A DNA stretch of 28,627 nucleotides from Octopus sinensis. Its lineage: Eukaryota. This document shows, piece by piece, positions 8,501 through 21,910 of the stretch; the stretch's first letter is position 1; every line of letters begins with the position of its first letter. The notes beneath the pieces were generated by a model. It searched no databases. It was given only the letters and a program-made list of their open reading frames with translations, and was not told the origin of the DNA. Position numbers and translations under genes: made by a program. The stretch is taken from NCBI RefSeq assembly GCF_006345805.1, contig NW_021836749.1:1-28627 (forward strand). The letters run 5' to 3'.

Positions 8501-11500
8501 GACCGGGCGATCGCGTTGTGTTCTTGAGCAAAACACTTCATTTTTCACGTTGTTCCAGTCCACTCAGCCGGCAAAAATGAGTAATCCTGCGATGGACGGT
8601 GTGTGGTTCGATTCCTGGACCGGGCGATGCGTTGTGTTCTTGAGCAAAACACTTCATTTTTCACGTTGTTCCAGTCCACTCAGCCGGCAAAAATGAGTAA
8701 TCCTGCGATGGACCGGTGTGTAGTTTCGATTCCTAGACCGGGCGATGCGTTGTGTTCTTGAGCCAAAACACTTCATTTTTCACGTTGTTCCAGTCCACTC
8801 AGCCGGCAAAAATGAGTAATCCTGCGATGGACCGGTGTGTGGTTTCGATTCTGGACCGGGCGATGCGTTGTGTTCTTGAGCAAAACACTTCATTTTCACG
8901 TTGTTCCAGTCCACTCAGCCGGCAAAAAATGAGTAATCCTGCGATGGACCGGTGTGTGTAGTTTCGATTCCTGGACCGGGCGATGCGTTGTGTTCTTGAG
9001 CAAAACACTTCATTTTTCACGTTGTTCCAGTCCACTCAGCCGGCAAAAATGAGTAATCCTGCGATGGACCGGTGTGTGGTTTCGATTCCTGGACCGGGCG
9101 ATGCGTTGTGTTCTTGAGCAAAACACTTCATTTTTCACGTTGTTCCAGTCCACTCAGCCGGCAAAAATGAGTAATCCTGCGATGGACCGGTGTGTAGTTT
9201 CGATTCCTGGACCGGGCGATGCGTTGTGTTCTTGAGCAAAAACACTTCATTTTTCACGTTGTTCCAGTCCACTCAGCCGGCAAAAATGAGTAATCCTGCG
9301 ATGGACCGGTGTGTAGTTTCGATTCCTGGACCGGGCGATGCGTTGTGTTCTTGAGCAAAACACTTCATTTTTCACGTTGTTCCAGTCCACTCAGCCGGCA
9401 AAAATGAGTAATCCTGCGATGGACGGTGTGTGTGGTTTCGATTCCTGGACCGGGCGATGCGTTGTGTTCTTGAGCAAAACACTTCATTTTTCACGTTGTT
9501 CCAGTCCACTCAGCCGGCAAAAATGAGTAGTAATCCTGCGATGGACCGGTGTGTAGTTTCGATTCCTGGACCGGGCGATGCGTTGTGTTCTGAGCAAAAC
9601 ACTTCATTTTTCACGTTGTTCCAGTCCACTCAGCCGGCAAAAATGAGTAATCCTGCGATGGACCGGTGTGTGTAGTTTCGATTCCTGGACCGGGCGATGC
9701 GTTGTGTTCTTGAGCAAAAAACTTCATTTTTCACGTTGTTCCAGTCCACTCAGCCGGCAAAAATGAGTAATCCTGCGATGGACCGGTGTGTGGTTTCGAT
9801 TCCTGGACCGGGCGATGCGTTGTGTTCTTGAGCAAAACACTTCATTTTTCACGTTGTTCCAGTCCACTCAGCCGGCAAAAATGAGTAATCCTGCGATGGA
9901 CCGGTGTGTAGTTTCGATTCCTGGACCGGGCGATGCGTTGTGTTCTTGAGCAAAACACTTCATTTTTCACGTTGTTCCAGTCCACTCAGCCGGCAAAAAT
10001 GAGTAATCCTGCGATGGACCGGTGTGTAGTTTCGATTCCTGGACCGGGCGATGCGTTGTGTTCTTGAGCAAAACACTTCATTTTTCACGTTGTTCCAGTC
10101 CACTCAGCCGGCAAAAATGAGTAATCCTGCGATGGACCGGTGTGTAGTTTCGATTCCTGGACCGGGCGATGCGTTGTGTTCTTGAGCAAAACACTTCATT
10201 TTTCACGTTGTTCCAGTCCACTCAGCCGGCAAAAATGAGTAATCCTGCGATGGACCGGTGTGTGGTTTCGATTCCTGGACGGGCGATGCGTTGTGTTCTT
10301 GAGCAAAACACTTCATTTTTCACGTTGTTCCAGTCCACTCAGCCGGCAAAAATGAGTAATCCTGCGATGGACCGGTGTGTAGTTTCGATTCCTGGACCGG
10401 GCGATGCGTTGTGTTCTTGAGCAAAACACTTCATTTTTCACGTTGTTCCAGTCCACTCAGCCGGCAAAAATGAGTAATCCTGCGATGGACCGTGGTGTGT
10501 GGTTTCGATTCCTGGACCGGGCGATGCGTTGTGTTCTTGAGCAAAACACTTCATTTTTCACGTTGTTCCAGTCCACTCAGCCGGCAAAAATGAGTAATCC
10601 TGCGATGGACCGGTGTGTAGTTTCGATTCCTGGACCGGGCGATGCGTTGTGTTCTTGAGCAAAACACTTCATTTTTCACGTTGTTCCAGTCCACTCAGCC
10701 GGCAAAAATGAGTAATCCTGCGATGGACCGGTGTGTGTTTCGATTCCTGGACCGGGCGATGCGTTGTGTTCTTGAGCAAAACACTTCATTTTTCACGTTG
10801 TTCCAGTCCACTCAGCCGGCAAAAATGAGTAATCCTGCGATGGACCGGTGTGTAGTTTCGATTCCTGGACCGGGCGATGCGTTGTGTTCTTGAGCAAAAC
10901 ACTTCATTTTTCACGTTGTTCCAGTCCACTCAGCCGGCAAAAATGAGTAATCCTGCGATGGACGGTGTGTGTGGTTTCGATTCTGGACCGGGCGATGCGT
11001 TGTGTTCTTGAGCAAAACACTTCATTTTTCACGTTGTTCCAGTCCACTCAGCCGGCAAAAATGAGTAATCCTGCGATGGACCGGTGTGTGGTTTCGATTC
11101 CTGGACCGGGCGATGCGTTGTGTTCTTGAGCAAAACACTTCATTTTTCACGTTGTTCCAGTCCACTCAGCCGGCAAAAATGAGTAATCCTGCGATGGACC
11201 GGTGTGTGGTTTCGATTCCTGGACCGGGCGATGCGTTGTGTTCTTGAGCAAAACACTTCATTTTCACGTTGTTCCAGTCCACTCAGCCGGCAAAAATGAG
11301 TAATCCTGCGATGGACGGGTGTGGTTTCGATTCCTGGACCGGGCGATGCGTTGTGTTCTTGAGCAAAACACTTCATTTTTCACGTTGTTCCAGTCCACTC
11401 AGCCGGCAAAAATGAGTAATCCTGCGATGGACCGGTGTGTAGTTTCGATTCCTGGACCGGGCGATGCGTTGTGTTCTTGAGCAAAACACTTCATTTTTCA

Positions 11501-14500
11501 CGTTGTTCCAGTCCACTCAGCCGGCAAAAATGAGTAATCCTGCGATGGACCGGTGTGTGGTTTCGATTCCTGGACCGGGCGATGCGTTGTGTTCTTGAGC
11601 AAAACACTTCATTTTTCACGTTGTTCCAGTCCACTCAGCCGGCAAAAATGAGTAATCCTGCGATGGACCGGTGTGTAGTTTCGATTCCTGGACCGGGCGA
11701 TGCGTTGTGTTCTTGAGCAAAACACTTCATTTTTCACGTTGTTCCAGTCCACTCAGCCGGCAAAAATGAGTAATCCTGCGATGGACCGGTGTGTGGTTTC
11801 GATTCCTGGACCGGGCGACGCGTTGTGTTCCTGAGCAAAACACTTCATTTTTCACGTTGTTCCAGTCCACTCAGCCGGCAAAAATGAGTAATCCTGCGAT
11901 GGACCGGTGTGTGGTTTCGATTCCTGGACCGGGTGATGCGTTGTGTTCCTGAGCAAAACACTTCATTTTTCACGTTGTTCCAGTCCACTCAGCCGGCAAA
12001 AATGAGTAATCCTGCGATGGACCGGTGTGTGTAGTTTCGATTCCTGGACCGGGCGATGCGTTGTGTTCTTGAGCAAAACACTTCATTTTCACGTTGTTCA
12101 AGTCCACTCAGCCGGCAAAAAATGAGTAATCCTGCGATGGACGGTGTGTGGTTTCGATTCCTGGACCGGGCGATGCGTTGTGTTCTTGAGCAAAACACTT
12201 CATTTTTCACGTTGTTCCAGTCCACTCAGCCGGCAAAAATGAGTAATCCTGCGATGGACCGGTGTGTAGTTTCGATTCCTGGACCGGGGCGATGCGTTGT
12301 GTTCTTGAGCAAAACACTTCATTGTTCACGTTGTTCCAGTCCACTCAGCCGGCAAAAATGAGTAATCCTGCGATGGACCGTGTGTAGTTTCGATTCCTGG
12401 ACCGGGCGATGCGTTGTGTTCTGAGCAAAACACTTCATTTTTCACGTTGTTCCAGTCCACTCAGCGGCCAAAAATGAGTAATCTGCGATGGACCGGTGTG
12501 TAGTTCGATTCCTGGACCGGGCGATGCGTTGTGTTCTTGAGCACAAAACACTTCATTTTTCACGTTGTTCCAGTCCACTCAGCCGGCAAAAATGAGTAAT
12601 CCTGCGATGGACCGGTGTGTGGTTTCGATTCCTGGACCGGGCGATGCGTTGTGTTCTGAGCAAAACACTCATTTTTCACGTTGTTCCAGTCCACTCAGCC
12701 GGCAAAATGAAATAGTATCCTGCGATGGACCGGTGTGTAGTTCGATTCCTGGACCGGGCGATGCGTTGTGTCTTGAGCAAAACACTTCATTTTTCACGTT
12801 GTTCCAGTCCACTCAGCCGGCAAAAAATGAGAATCCTGCGATGGACCGGTGTGTAGTTTCGATTCCTGGACCGGGCGATGCGTTGTGTTCTTGAGCAAAA
12901 CACTTCATTTTTCACGTTGTTCCAGTCCACTCAGCCGGCAAAAATGAGTAATCCTGCGATGGACCGGTGTGTGGTTCGATTCCTGGACCGGGCGATGCGT
13001 TGTGTTCTTGAGCAAAACACTCATTTTTCACGTTGTTCCAGTCCACTCAGCCGGCAAAAATGAGTAATCCTGCGATGGACCGGTGTTGTGTAGTTCGATT
13101 CCTGGACCGGGCGTGCGTTGTGTTCTTGAGCAAAACACTTCATTTTTCACGTTGTTCCAGTCCACTCAGCCGGCAAAAATGAGTAATCCTGCGATGGACC
13201 GGTGTGTAGTTTCGATTCCTGGACGGGCGATGCGTTGTGTTCTTGAGCAAAACACTTCATTTTTCACGTTGTTCCAGTCCACTCAGCGGCAAAAAATGAG
13301 TAATCCTGCGATGGACCGGTGGTAGTTTCGATTCCTGGACGGGCGATGCGTTGTGTTCTTGAGCAAAACACTTCATTTTTCACGTTGTTCCAGTCCACTC
13401 AGCCGGCAAAAATGAGTAAGTAACCTGCGGGACCGGTGTGTGGTTTCGATTCCTGGACCGGGCGATGCGTTGTGTTCTTGAGCAAAACACTTCATTTTTA
13501 ACGTTGTTCCAGTCACTCAGCCGGCAAAAATGAGTAATCCTGCGATGGACCGGTGTGTAGTTTCGATCCTGGACCGGGCGATGCGTTGTGTCTTGAGCAA
13601 AAAACTTCATTTTTCACGTTGTTCCAGTCCACTCAGCCGGCAAAAATGAGTAATCCTGCGATGGACCGGTGTGTGGTTTCGATTCTGGACCGGGCGATGC
13701 GTTGTGTTCTGAGAGCAAAACACTTCATTTTTCACGTGTTCCAGTCCACTCAGCCGGCAAAAATGAGTAATCCTGCGATGGACCGGTGTGTAGTTTCGAT
13801 CCTGGACCGGGCGATGCGTTGTGTTCTTGAGCAAAACACTTCATTTTTCACGTTGTTCCAGTCCACTCAGCCGGCAAAAAATGAGTAATCCTGCGATGGA
13901 CCGGTGTGTGGTTTCGATTCCTGGACCGGGGATGCGTTGTGTTCTTGAGCAAAACACTTCATTTTCACGTTGTTCCAGTCAACTCAGCCGGCAAAAATGA
14001 GTAATCCTGCGATGGACCGGTTGTAGTTTCGATTCCTGGAACGGGCGATGCGTTGTGTTCTTGAGCAAAACACTTCATTTTTCACGTTGTTCCAGTCCAC
14101 TCAGCCGGCAAAAAATGAGTAATCCTGCGATGGACCGTGTGTTGTGGTTTCGATTCCTGGACCGGCGATGCGTTGTGTTCTGAGCAAAAACACTTCATTT
14201 TCACGTTGTTCCAGTCCACTCAGCCGGCAAAAATGAGTAATCCTGCGATGGACCGGTGTGTAGTTTCGATTCTGGACCGGGCGATGCGTTGTGTCTTGAG
14301 CAAAACACTTCATTTTTCACGTTGTTCCAGTCCACTCAGCCGGCAAAAATGAGTAATCCTGCGATGGACCGGTGTGTGGTGTTTCGATCCTGGACCGGGC
14401 GAGCGTTGTGTTCTTGAGCAAAACACTTCATTTTCACGTTGTTCCAGTCCACTCAGCCGGCAAAAATGAGTAATCCTGCGATGGACCGGTGTGTGGTTCG

Positions 14501-17500
14501 ATTCCTGGACCGGGCGATGCGTTGTGTTCTTGAGCAAAACACTTCATTTTTCACGTTGTTCCAGTCCACTCAGCCGGCAAAAATGAGTAATCCTGCGATG
14601 GACCGGTGGTTGTAGTTTCGATTCCTGGACCGGGTGATGCGTTGTGTTCTTGAGCAAAACACTTCATTTTTCACGTTGTTCCAGTCCACTCAGCCGGCAA
14701 AAATGAGTAATCCTGCGATGGACGGTGTGTGGTTTCGATTCCTGGACCGGGTGATGCGTTGTGTTCTTGAGCAAAAACACTTCATTTTTCACGTTGTTCC
14801 AGTCCACTCAGCCGGCAAAAATGAGTAATCCTGCGATGGACCGGTGTGTGGTTTCGATTCTGGACCGACCGGGCGACGCGTTGTGTTCTGAGCAAAACAC
14901 TTCATTTTTCACGTTGTTCCAGTCCACTCAGCCGGCAAAAAATGAGTAATCCTGCGATGACCGGTGTGTGGTTTCGATTCCTGGACCGGGCGACGCGTTG
15001 TGTTCCTGAGCAAAACACTTCATTTTCACGTTGTCCAGTCCACTCAGCCGGCAAAAATGAGTAATCCTGCGATGGACCGGTGTGTGGTTCGATTCCTGGA
15101 CCGGGTGATGCGTTGTGTTCTTGAGCAAAAACACTTCATTTTTCACGTTGTTCCAGTCCACTCAGCCGGCAAAAATGAGTAATCCTGCGATGGACCGGTG
15201 TGTAGTTTCGATTCCTAGCGGGCGACGCGTTGTGGTCTGAGCAAAACACTTCATTTTTCACGTGTTCCAGTCCACTCAGCCGGCAAAAATGAGTAATCCT
15301 GCGATGGACCGGTGTGTGGTTTTGATCCTGGACCGGGCGATGCGTTGTGTTCTTGAGCAAAAACACTTCATTTTTCACGTTGTTCCAGTCCACTCAGCCG
15401 GCAAAAATGAGTAATCCTGCGATGACCGGTGTGTGGTTTCGATTCCTGGACCGGGCGATGCGTTGTGTTCTTGAGCAAAACACTTCATTTTTCACGTTGT
15501 TCCAGTCCACTCAGCCGGCAAAAAATGAGTAATCCTGCGATGGACCGGTGTGTAGTTTCGATTCCTGGACCGGGCGATGCGTTGTGTTCTTGAGCAAAAC
15601 ACTTCATTTTTCACGTTGTTCCAGTCCACTCAGCCGGCAAAAATGAGTAATCCTGCGATGGACCGGTGTGTAGTTTCGATTCCTGGACCGGGCGATGCGT
15701 TGTGTTCTTGAGCAAAACACTTCATTTTTCACGTTGTTCCAGTCACTCAGCCGGCAAAAAATGAGTAATCCTGCGATGGACGGTGTGTAGTTTCGATTCC
15801 TGGACCGGGCGATGCGTTGTGTTCTTGAGCAAAACACTTCATTTTTCACGTTGTTCCAGTCCACTCAGCCGGCAAAAATGAGTAATCCTGCGATGGACCG
15901 GTGTGTGGTTTCGATTCCTGACCGGGCGATGCGTTGTGTTCTTGAGCAAAACACTTCATTTTCACGTTGTTCCAGTCCACTCAGCCGGCAAAAATGAGTA
16001 ATCCTGCGATGGACCGGTGTGTAGTTTCGATTCCTGGACCGGGCGATGCGTTGTGTTTTGAGCAAAACACTTCATTTTTCACGTGTTCCAGTCCACTCAG
16101 CCGGCAAAAATGAGTAATCCTGCGATGGACCGGTGTGTAGTTTCGATTCCTGGACGGGCGATGCGTTGTGTTCTTGAGCAAAACACTTCATTTTTCACGT
16201 TGTGTTCCGTCCACTCAGCCGGCAAAAAATGAGTAATCCTGCGATGACCGGTGTGTGGTTTCGATTCCTGGACCGGGCGATGCGTTGTGTTCTTGAGCAA
16301 AACACTTCATTTTCACGTTGTTCCAGTCCACTCAGCGGCAAAAATGAGTAATCCTGCGATGGACCGGTGTGTAGTTTCGATTCCTGGACCGGGCGATGCG
16401 TTGTGTCTTGAGCAAAACACTCATTTTTCACGTTGTTCAGTCCACTCAGCCGGCAAAAATGAGTAATCCTGCGATGGAACGGGTGTAGTTTCGATTCCTG
16501 GACCGGGCGATGCGTTGTGTTCTTGAGCAAAACACTTCATTTTTCACGTTGTCCAGTCCACTCAGCCGGCAAAAATGAGTAATCCTGCGATGGACCGGTG
16601 TGTGGTTTCGATTCCTGGACCGGGCGATGCGTTGTGTTCTTGAGCAAAACACTTCATTTTTCACGTTGTTCCAGTCCACTCAGCCGGCAAAAATGAGTAA
16701 TCCTGCGATGGACCGTGTGTAGTTTCGATTCCTGGACCGGGCGATGCGTTGTGTTCTTGAGCAAAACACTTCATTTTCACGTTGTTCCAGTCCACTCAGC
16801 CGGCAAAAATGAGTAATCCTGCGACCGGTGGTGTGTGTGTGGTTTCGATTCCTGGACCGGGCGATGCGTTGTGTTCTTGAGCAAAACACTTCATTTTTCA
16901 CGTTGTTCCAGTCCACTCAGCCGGCAAAAATGAGTAATCCTGCGATGGACCGGTGTGTAGTTTCGATTCCTGGACCGGGCGATGCGTTGTGTTCTTGAGC
17001 AAAACACTTCATTTTTCACGTTGTTCCAGTCCACTCAGCCGGCAAAAATGAGTAATCCTGCGATGGACCGGTGTGTGGTTTCGATTCCTGGACCGGCGGC
17101 GATGCGTTGTGTTCTTGAGCAAAACACTTCATTTTTCACGTTGTTCCAGTCCACTCAGCCGGCAAAAATGAGTAATCCTGCGATGGACCGGTGTGTGGTT
17201 TCGATTCCTGGACCGGGCGATGCGTTGTGTTTTGAGCAAAACACTTCATTTTTCACGTTGTTCCAGTCCACTCAGCCGGCAAAAAATGAGTAATCCTGCG
17301 ATGGACGGTTGTGTAGTTTCGATTCCTGGACCGGGTGATGCGTTGTGTTCTTGAGCAAAACACTTCATTTTTCACGTTGTTCCAGTCCACTCAGCCGGCA
17401 AAAATGAGTAATCCTGCGATGGACCGGTGTGTGGTTTCGATTCCTGGACCGGGCGGCGATGCGTTGTGTTCTTGAGCAAAACACTTCATTTTTCACGTTG

Positions 17501-20500
17501 TTCCAGTCCACTCAGCCGGCAAAAATGAGTAATCCTGCGATGGACCGGTGTGTAGTTTCGATTCCTGGACCGGGCGATGCGTTGTGTTCTTGAGCAAAAC
17601 AATTCATTTTTCACGTTGTTCCAGTCCACTCAGCCGGCAAAAATGAGTAATCCTGCGATGGACCGGTGTGTGTGGTTTCGATTCCGGACCGGGCGACGCG
17701 TGTGGTTCTGAGCAAAACACTTCATTTTTCACGTTGTTCCAGTCCACTCAGCCGGCAAAAATGAGTAATCCTGCGATGGACCGGTGTGTGGTTTCGATTC
17801 CTGGACCGGGTGATGCGTTGTGTTCCTGAGCAAAACACTTCATTTTTTGTTCCAGTCCACTCAGCCGGCAAAAATGAGTAATCCTGCGATGGACCGGTGT
17901 GTAGTTTCGATTCCTGGACCGGGCGACGCGTTGTGTTCCTGAGCAAAACACTTCATTTTTCACGTTGTTCCAGTCCACTCAGCCGGCAAAAATGAGTAAT
18001 CCTGCGATGGACCGGTGGTGTGTAGTTTCGATTCCTGGACCGGGCGATGCGTTGTGTTCTTGAGCAAAACACTTCATTTTTCACGTTGTTCCAGTCCACT
18101 CAGCCGGCAAAAATGAGTAATCCTGCGATGGACCGGTGTGTGGTTTCGATTCCTGGACCGGGTGATGCGTTGTGTTCTTGAGCAAAACACTTCATTTTTC
18201 ACGTTGTTCCAGTCCACTCAGCCGGCAAAAATGAGTAATCCTGCGATGGACCGGTGTGTGGTTTCGATTCCTGGACCGGGTGATGCGTTGTGTTCTTGAG
18301 CAAAACACTTCATTTTTCACGTTGTTCCAGTCCACTCAGCTGGCAAAAATGAGTAATCCTGCGATGGACCGGTGTGTGGTTTCGATTCTGGACCGGGTGA
18401 TGCGTTGTGTGTTCTGAGCAAAAAACTTCATTTTTCACGTTGTTCCAGTCCACTCAGCCGGCAAAAATGAGTAATCCTGCGATGGACCGGTGTGTGGTTT
18501 CGATTCCTGGACCGGGTGATGCGTTGTGTTCTTGAGCAAAACACTTCATTTTTCACGTTGTTCCAGTCCACTCAGCCGGCAAAAATGAGTAATCCTGCGA
18601 TGACGGGCCGGTGTGTGTTTTCGATTCCTGGACCGGGTGATGCGTTGTGTTCTTGAGCAAAACACTTCATTTTTCACGTTGTTCCAGTCCACTCAGCCGG
18701 CAAAAATGAGTAATCCTGCGATGACCGGGTGTGTGGTTTCGATTCCTGGACGGGTGATGCGTTGTGTTCTTGAGCAAAACACTTCATTTTCACGTTGTTC
18801 CAGTCCACTCAGCCGGCAAAAATGAGTAATCCTGCGATGGACCGGTGTGTGGTTTCCGATGGACCCGGGTGATGCGTTGTGTTCTTGAGCAAAACACTTC
18901 ATTTTTCACGTTGTTCCAGTCCACTCAGCCGGCAAAAATGAGTAATCCTGCGATGGACCGGTGTGTGGTTTCGATTCCTGGACCGGGTGATGCGTTGTGT
19001 TCTTGAGCAAAACACTTCATTTTTCACGTTGTTCCAGTCCACTCAGCCGGCAAAAATGAGTAATCCTGCGATGGACCGGTGTGTGGTTTCGATTCCTGGA
19101 CCGGGTGATGCGTTGTGTTCTTGAGCAAAACACTTCATTTTTCACGTTGTTCCAGTCCACTCAGCCGGCAAAAATGAGTAATCCTGCAATGGACCGGTGG
19201 TGTGTAGTTTCGATTCTGGACCGGGTGATGCGTTGTGTTCTTGAGCAAAAACACTTTTTTTCACGTTGTTCCAGTCCACTCAGCCGGCAAAAATGAGTAA
19301 TCCTGCGATGGACCGGTGTGTGGTTTCGATTCTGGACCGGGTGATGCGTTGTGTTCTTGAGCAAAACACTTCATTTTTCACGTTGTTCCAGTCCACTCAG
19401 CCGGCAAAAATGAGTAATCCTGCGATGGACCGGTGTGTAGTTTCGATTCCTGGACCGGGCGACGCGTTGTGTTCTTGAGCAAAACACTTCATTTTTCACG
19501 TTGTTCCAGTCCACTCAGCCGGCAAAAATGAGTAATCCTGCGATGGACCGGTGTGTGGTTTCGATTCCTGGACGGGTGATGCGTTGTGTTCTTGAGCAAA
19601 ACACTTCATTTTCACGTTGTTCCAGTCCACTCAGCCGGCAAAAATGAGTAATCCTGCGATGGACCGGTGTTGTAGTTCGATTCCTGGACCGGGTGATGCG
19701 TTGTGTTCTTGAGCAAAACACTTCATTTTTCACGTTGTTCCAGTCCACTCAGCCGGCAAAAATGAGTAATCCTGCGATGGACCGGTGTGTAGTTTCGATT
19801 CCTGGACCGGGTGATGCGTTGTGTTCTTGAGCAAAACACTTCATTTTTCACGTTGTTCCAGTCCACTCAGCCGGCAAAAATGAGTAATCCTGCGATGGAC
19901 CACGGTGTGTAGTTTCGATTCCTGGACCGGGCGACGCGTTGTGTTCCTGAGCAAAACACTTCATTTTTCACGTTGTTCCAGTCCACTCAGCCGGCAAAAA
20001 TGAGTAATCCTGCGATGGACCGGTGTGTGGTTTCGATTCCTGGACGGGTGATGCGTTGTGTTCTTGAGCAAAACACTTCATTTTTCACGTTGTTCCAGTC
20101 CACTCAGCCGGCAAAAATGAGTAATCCTGCGATGGACCGGTGTGTAGTTTCGATTCCTGGACCGGGCGACGCGTTGTGTTCCTGAGCAAAACACTTCATT
20201 TTTCACGTTGTTCCAGTCCACTCAGCCGGCAAAAATGAGTAATCCTGCGATGGACCGGTGTGTGGTTTCGATTCCTGGACCGGGTGATGCGTTGTGTTCT
20301 TGAGCAAAACACTTCATTTTTCACGTTGTTCCAGTCCACTCAGCCGGCAAAAATGAGTAATCCTGCGATGGACCGGTGTGTAGTTTCGATTCCTGGACCG
20401 GGCGACGCGTTGTGTTCCTGAGCAAAACACTTCATTTTTCACGTTGTTCCAGTCCACTCAGCCGGCAAAAATGAGTAATCCTGCGATGGACCGGTGTGTA

Positions 20501-21910
20501 GTTTCGATTCCTGGACCGGGCGATGCGTTGTGTTCCTGAGCAAAACACTTCATTTTTCACGTTGTTCCAGTCCACTCAGCCGGCAAAAATGAGTAATCCT
20601 GCGATGGACCGGTGTGTGGTTTCGATTCCTGGACCGGGTGATGCGTTGTGTTCTTGAGCAAAACACTTCATTTTTCACGTTGTTCCAGTCCACTCAGCCG
20701 GCAAAAATGAGTAATCCTGCGATGGACCGGTGTGTAGTTTCGATTCCTGGACCGGGTGATGCGTTGTGTTCTTGAGCAAAACACTTCATTTTTCACGTTG
20801 TTCCAGTCCACTCAGCCGGCAAAAATGAGTAATCCTGCGATGGACCGGTGTGTGGTTTCGATTCCTGGACCGGGTGATGCGTTGTGTTCTTGAGCAAAAC
20901 ACTTCATTTTTCACGTTGTTCCAGTCCACTCAGCCGGCAAAAAGAGTAATCCTGCGATGGACCGGTGTGTAGTTTCGATTCCTGGACCGGGCGACGCGTT
21001 GTGTTCTGAGCAAAACACTTCATTTTTCACGTTGTTCCAGTCCACTCAGCCGGCAAAAATGAGTAATCCTGCGATGGACCGGTGTGTGGTTTCGATTCCT
21101 GGACGGGTGGTGATGATGCGTTGTGTTCTTGAGCAAAACACTTCATTTTTCACGTGTTCCAGTCCACTCAGCCGGCAAAAATGAGTAATCCTGCGATGGA
21201 CCGGTGTGTGGTTTCGATTCCTGGACCGGGTGATGCGTGTGTGTTCTTGAGCAAAACACTTCATTTTTCACGTTGTTCCAGTCCACTCAGCCGGCAAAAA
21301 TGAGTAATCCTGCGAGGGAGTGTGTGGTTTCGATTCCTGGACCGGGTGATGCGTTGTGTTCTTGAGCAAAACACTTCATTTTTCACGTTGTTCCAGTCCA
21401 CTCAGCCGGCAAAAATTAGTAATCCTGCGATGGACCGGTGTGTGGTTTCGATTCCTGGACCGGGTGATGCGTTGTGTTCTTGAGCAAAACACTTCATTTT
21501 TCACGTTGTTCCAGTCCACTCAGCCGGCAAAAATGAGTAATCCTGCGATGGACCGGTGTGTAGTTTCGATTCCTGGACCGGGTGATGCGTTGTGTTCTTG
21601 AGCAAAACACTTCATTTTTCACGTTGTTCCAGTCCACTCAGCCGGCAAAAATGAGTAATCCTGCGATGGACCGGTGTGTAGTTTCGATTCCTGGACCGGG
21701 CGATGCGTTGTGTTCTTGAGCAAAACACTTCATTTTTCACGTTGTTCCAGTCCACTCAGCCGGCAAAAATGAGTAATCCTGCGATGGACCGGTGTGTGGT
21801 TTCGATTCCTGGACCGGGCGACGCGTTGTGTTCCTGAGCCATGCTCTTCATTTTATACGTTGCTCCAGTCCACTCAGCTGGCAAAAATGAGTAATACTGC
21901 GACGGACCGG
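5535..21910 (+). repeat. 118-bp satellite array, about 139 monomers (length/118, not individually counted)
   Basis: The anchor gatggaccgg recurs at 5641, 5759 and 5877 (period 118). Consensus: tgtgtRgtttcgattcctggaccgggYgaYgcgttgtgttcYtgagcaaaacacttcatttttcacgttgttccagtccactcagccggcaaaaatgagtaatcctgcgatggaccgg. Confidence 0.98.

Noticed and set aside
6949-21601. Dozens of short ORFs (MRCVLEQNTSFFTLFQ..., MDWNNVKNEV...)
   Set aside because: Translations of the 118-bp monomer. The period is not a multiple of 3, stops occur in every unit, and ORF lengths depend on sporadic indels.
5535-21910. CRISPR-like array
   Set aside because: Monomers are contiguous with no unique spacers, there are no cas genes, and the context is eukaryotic.
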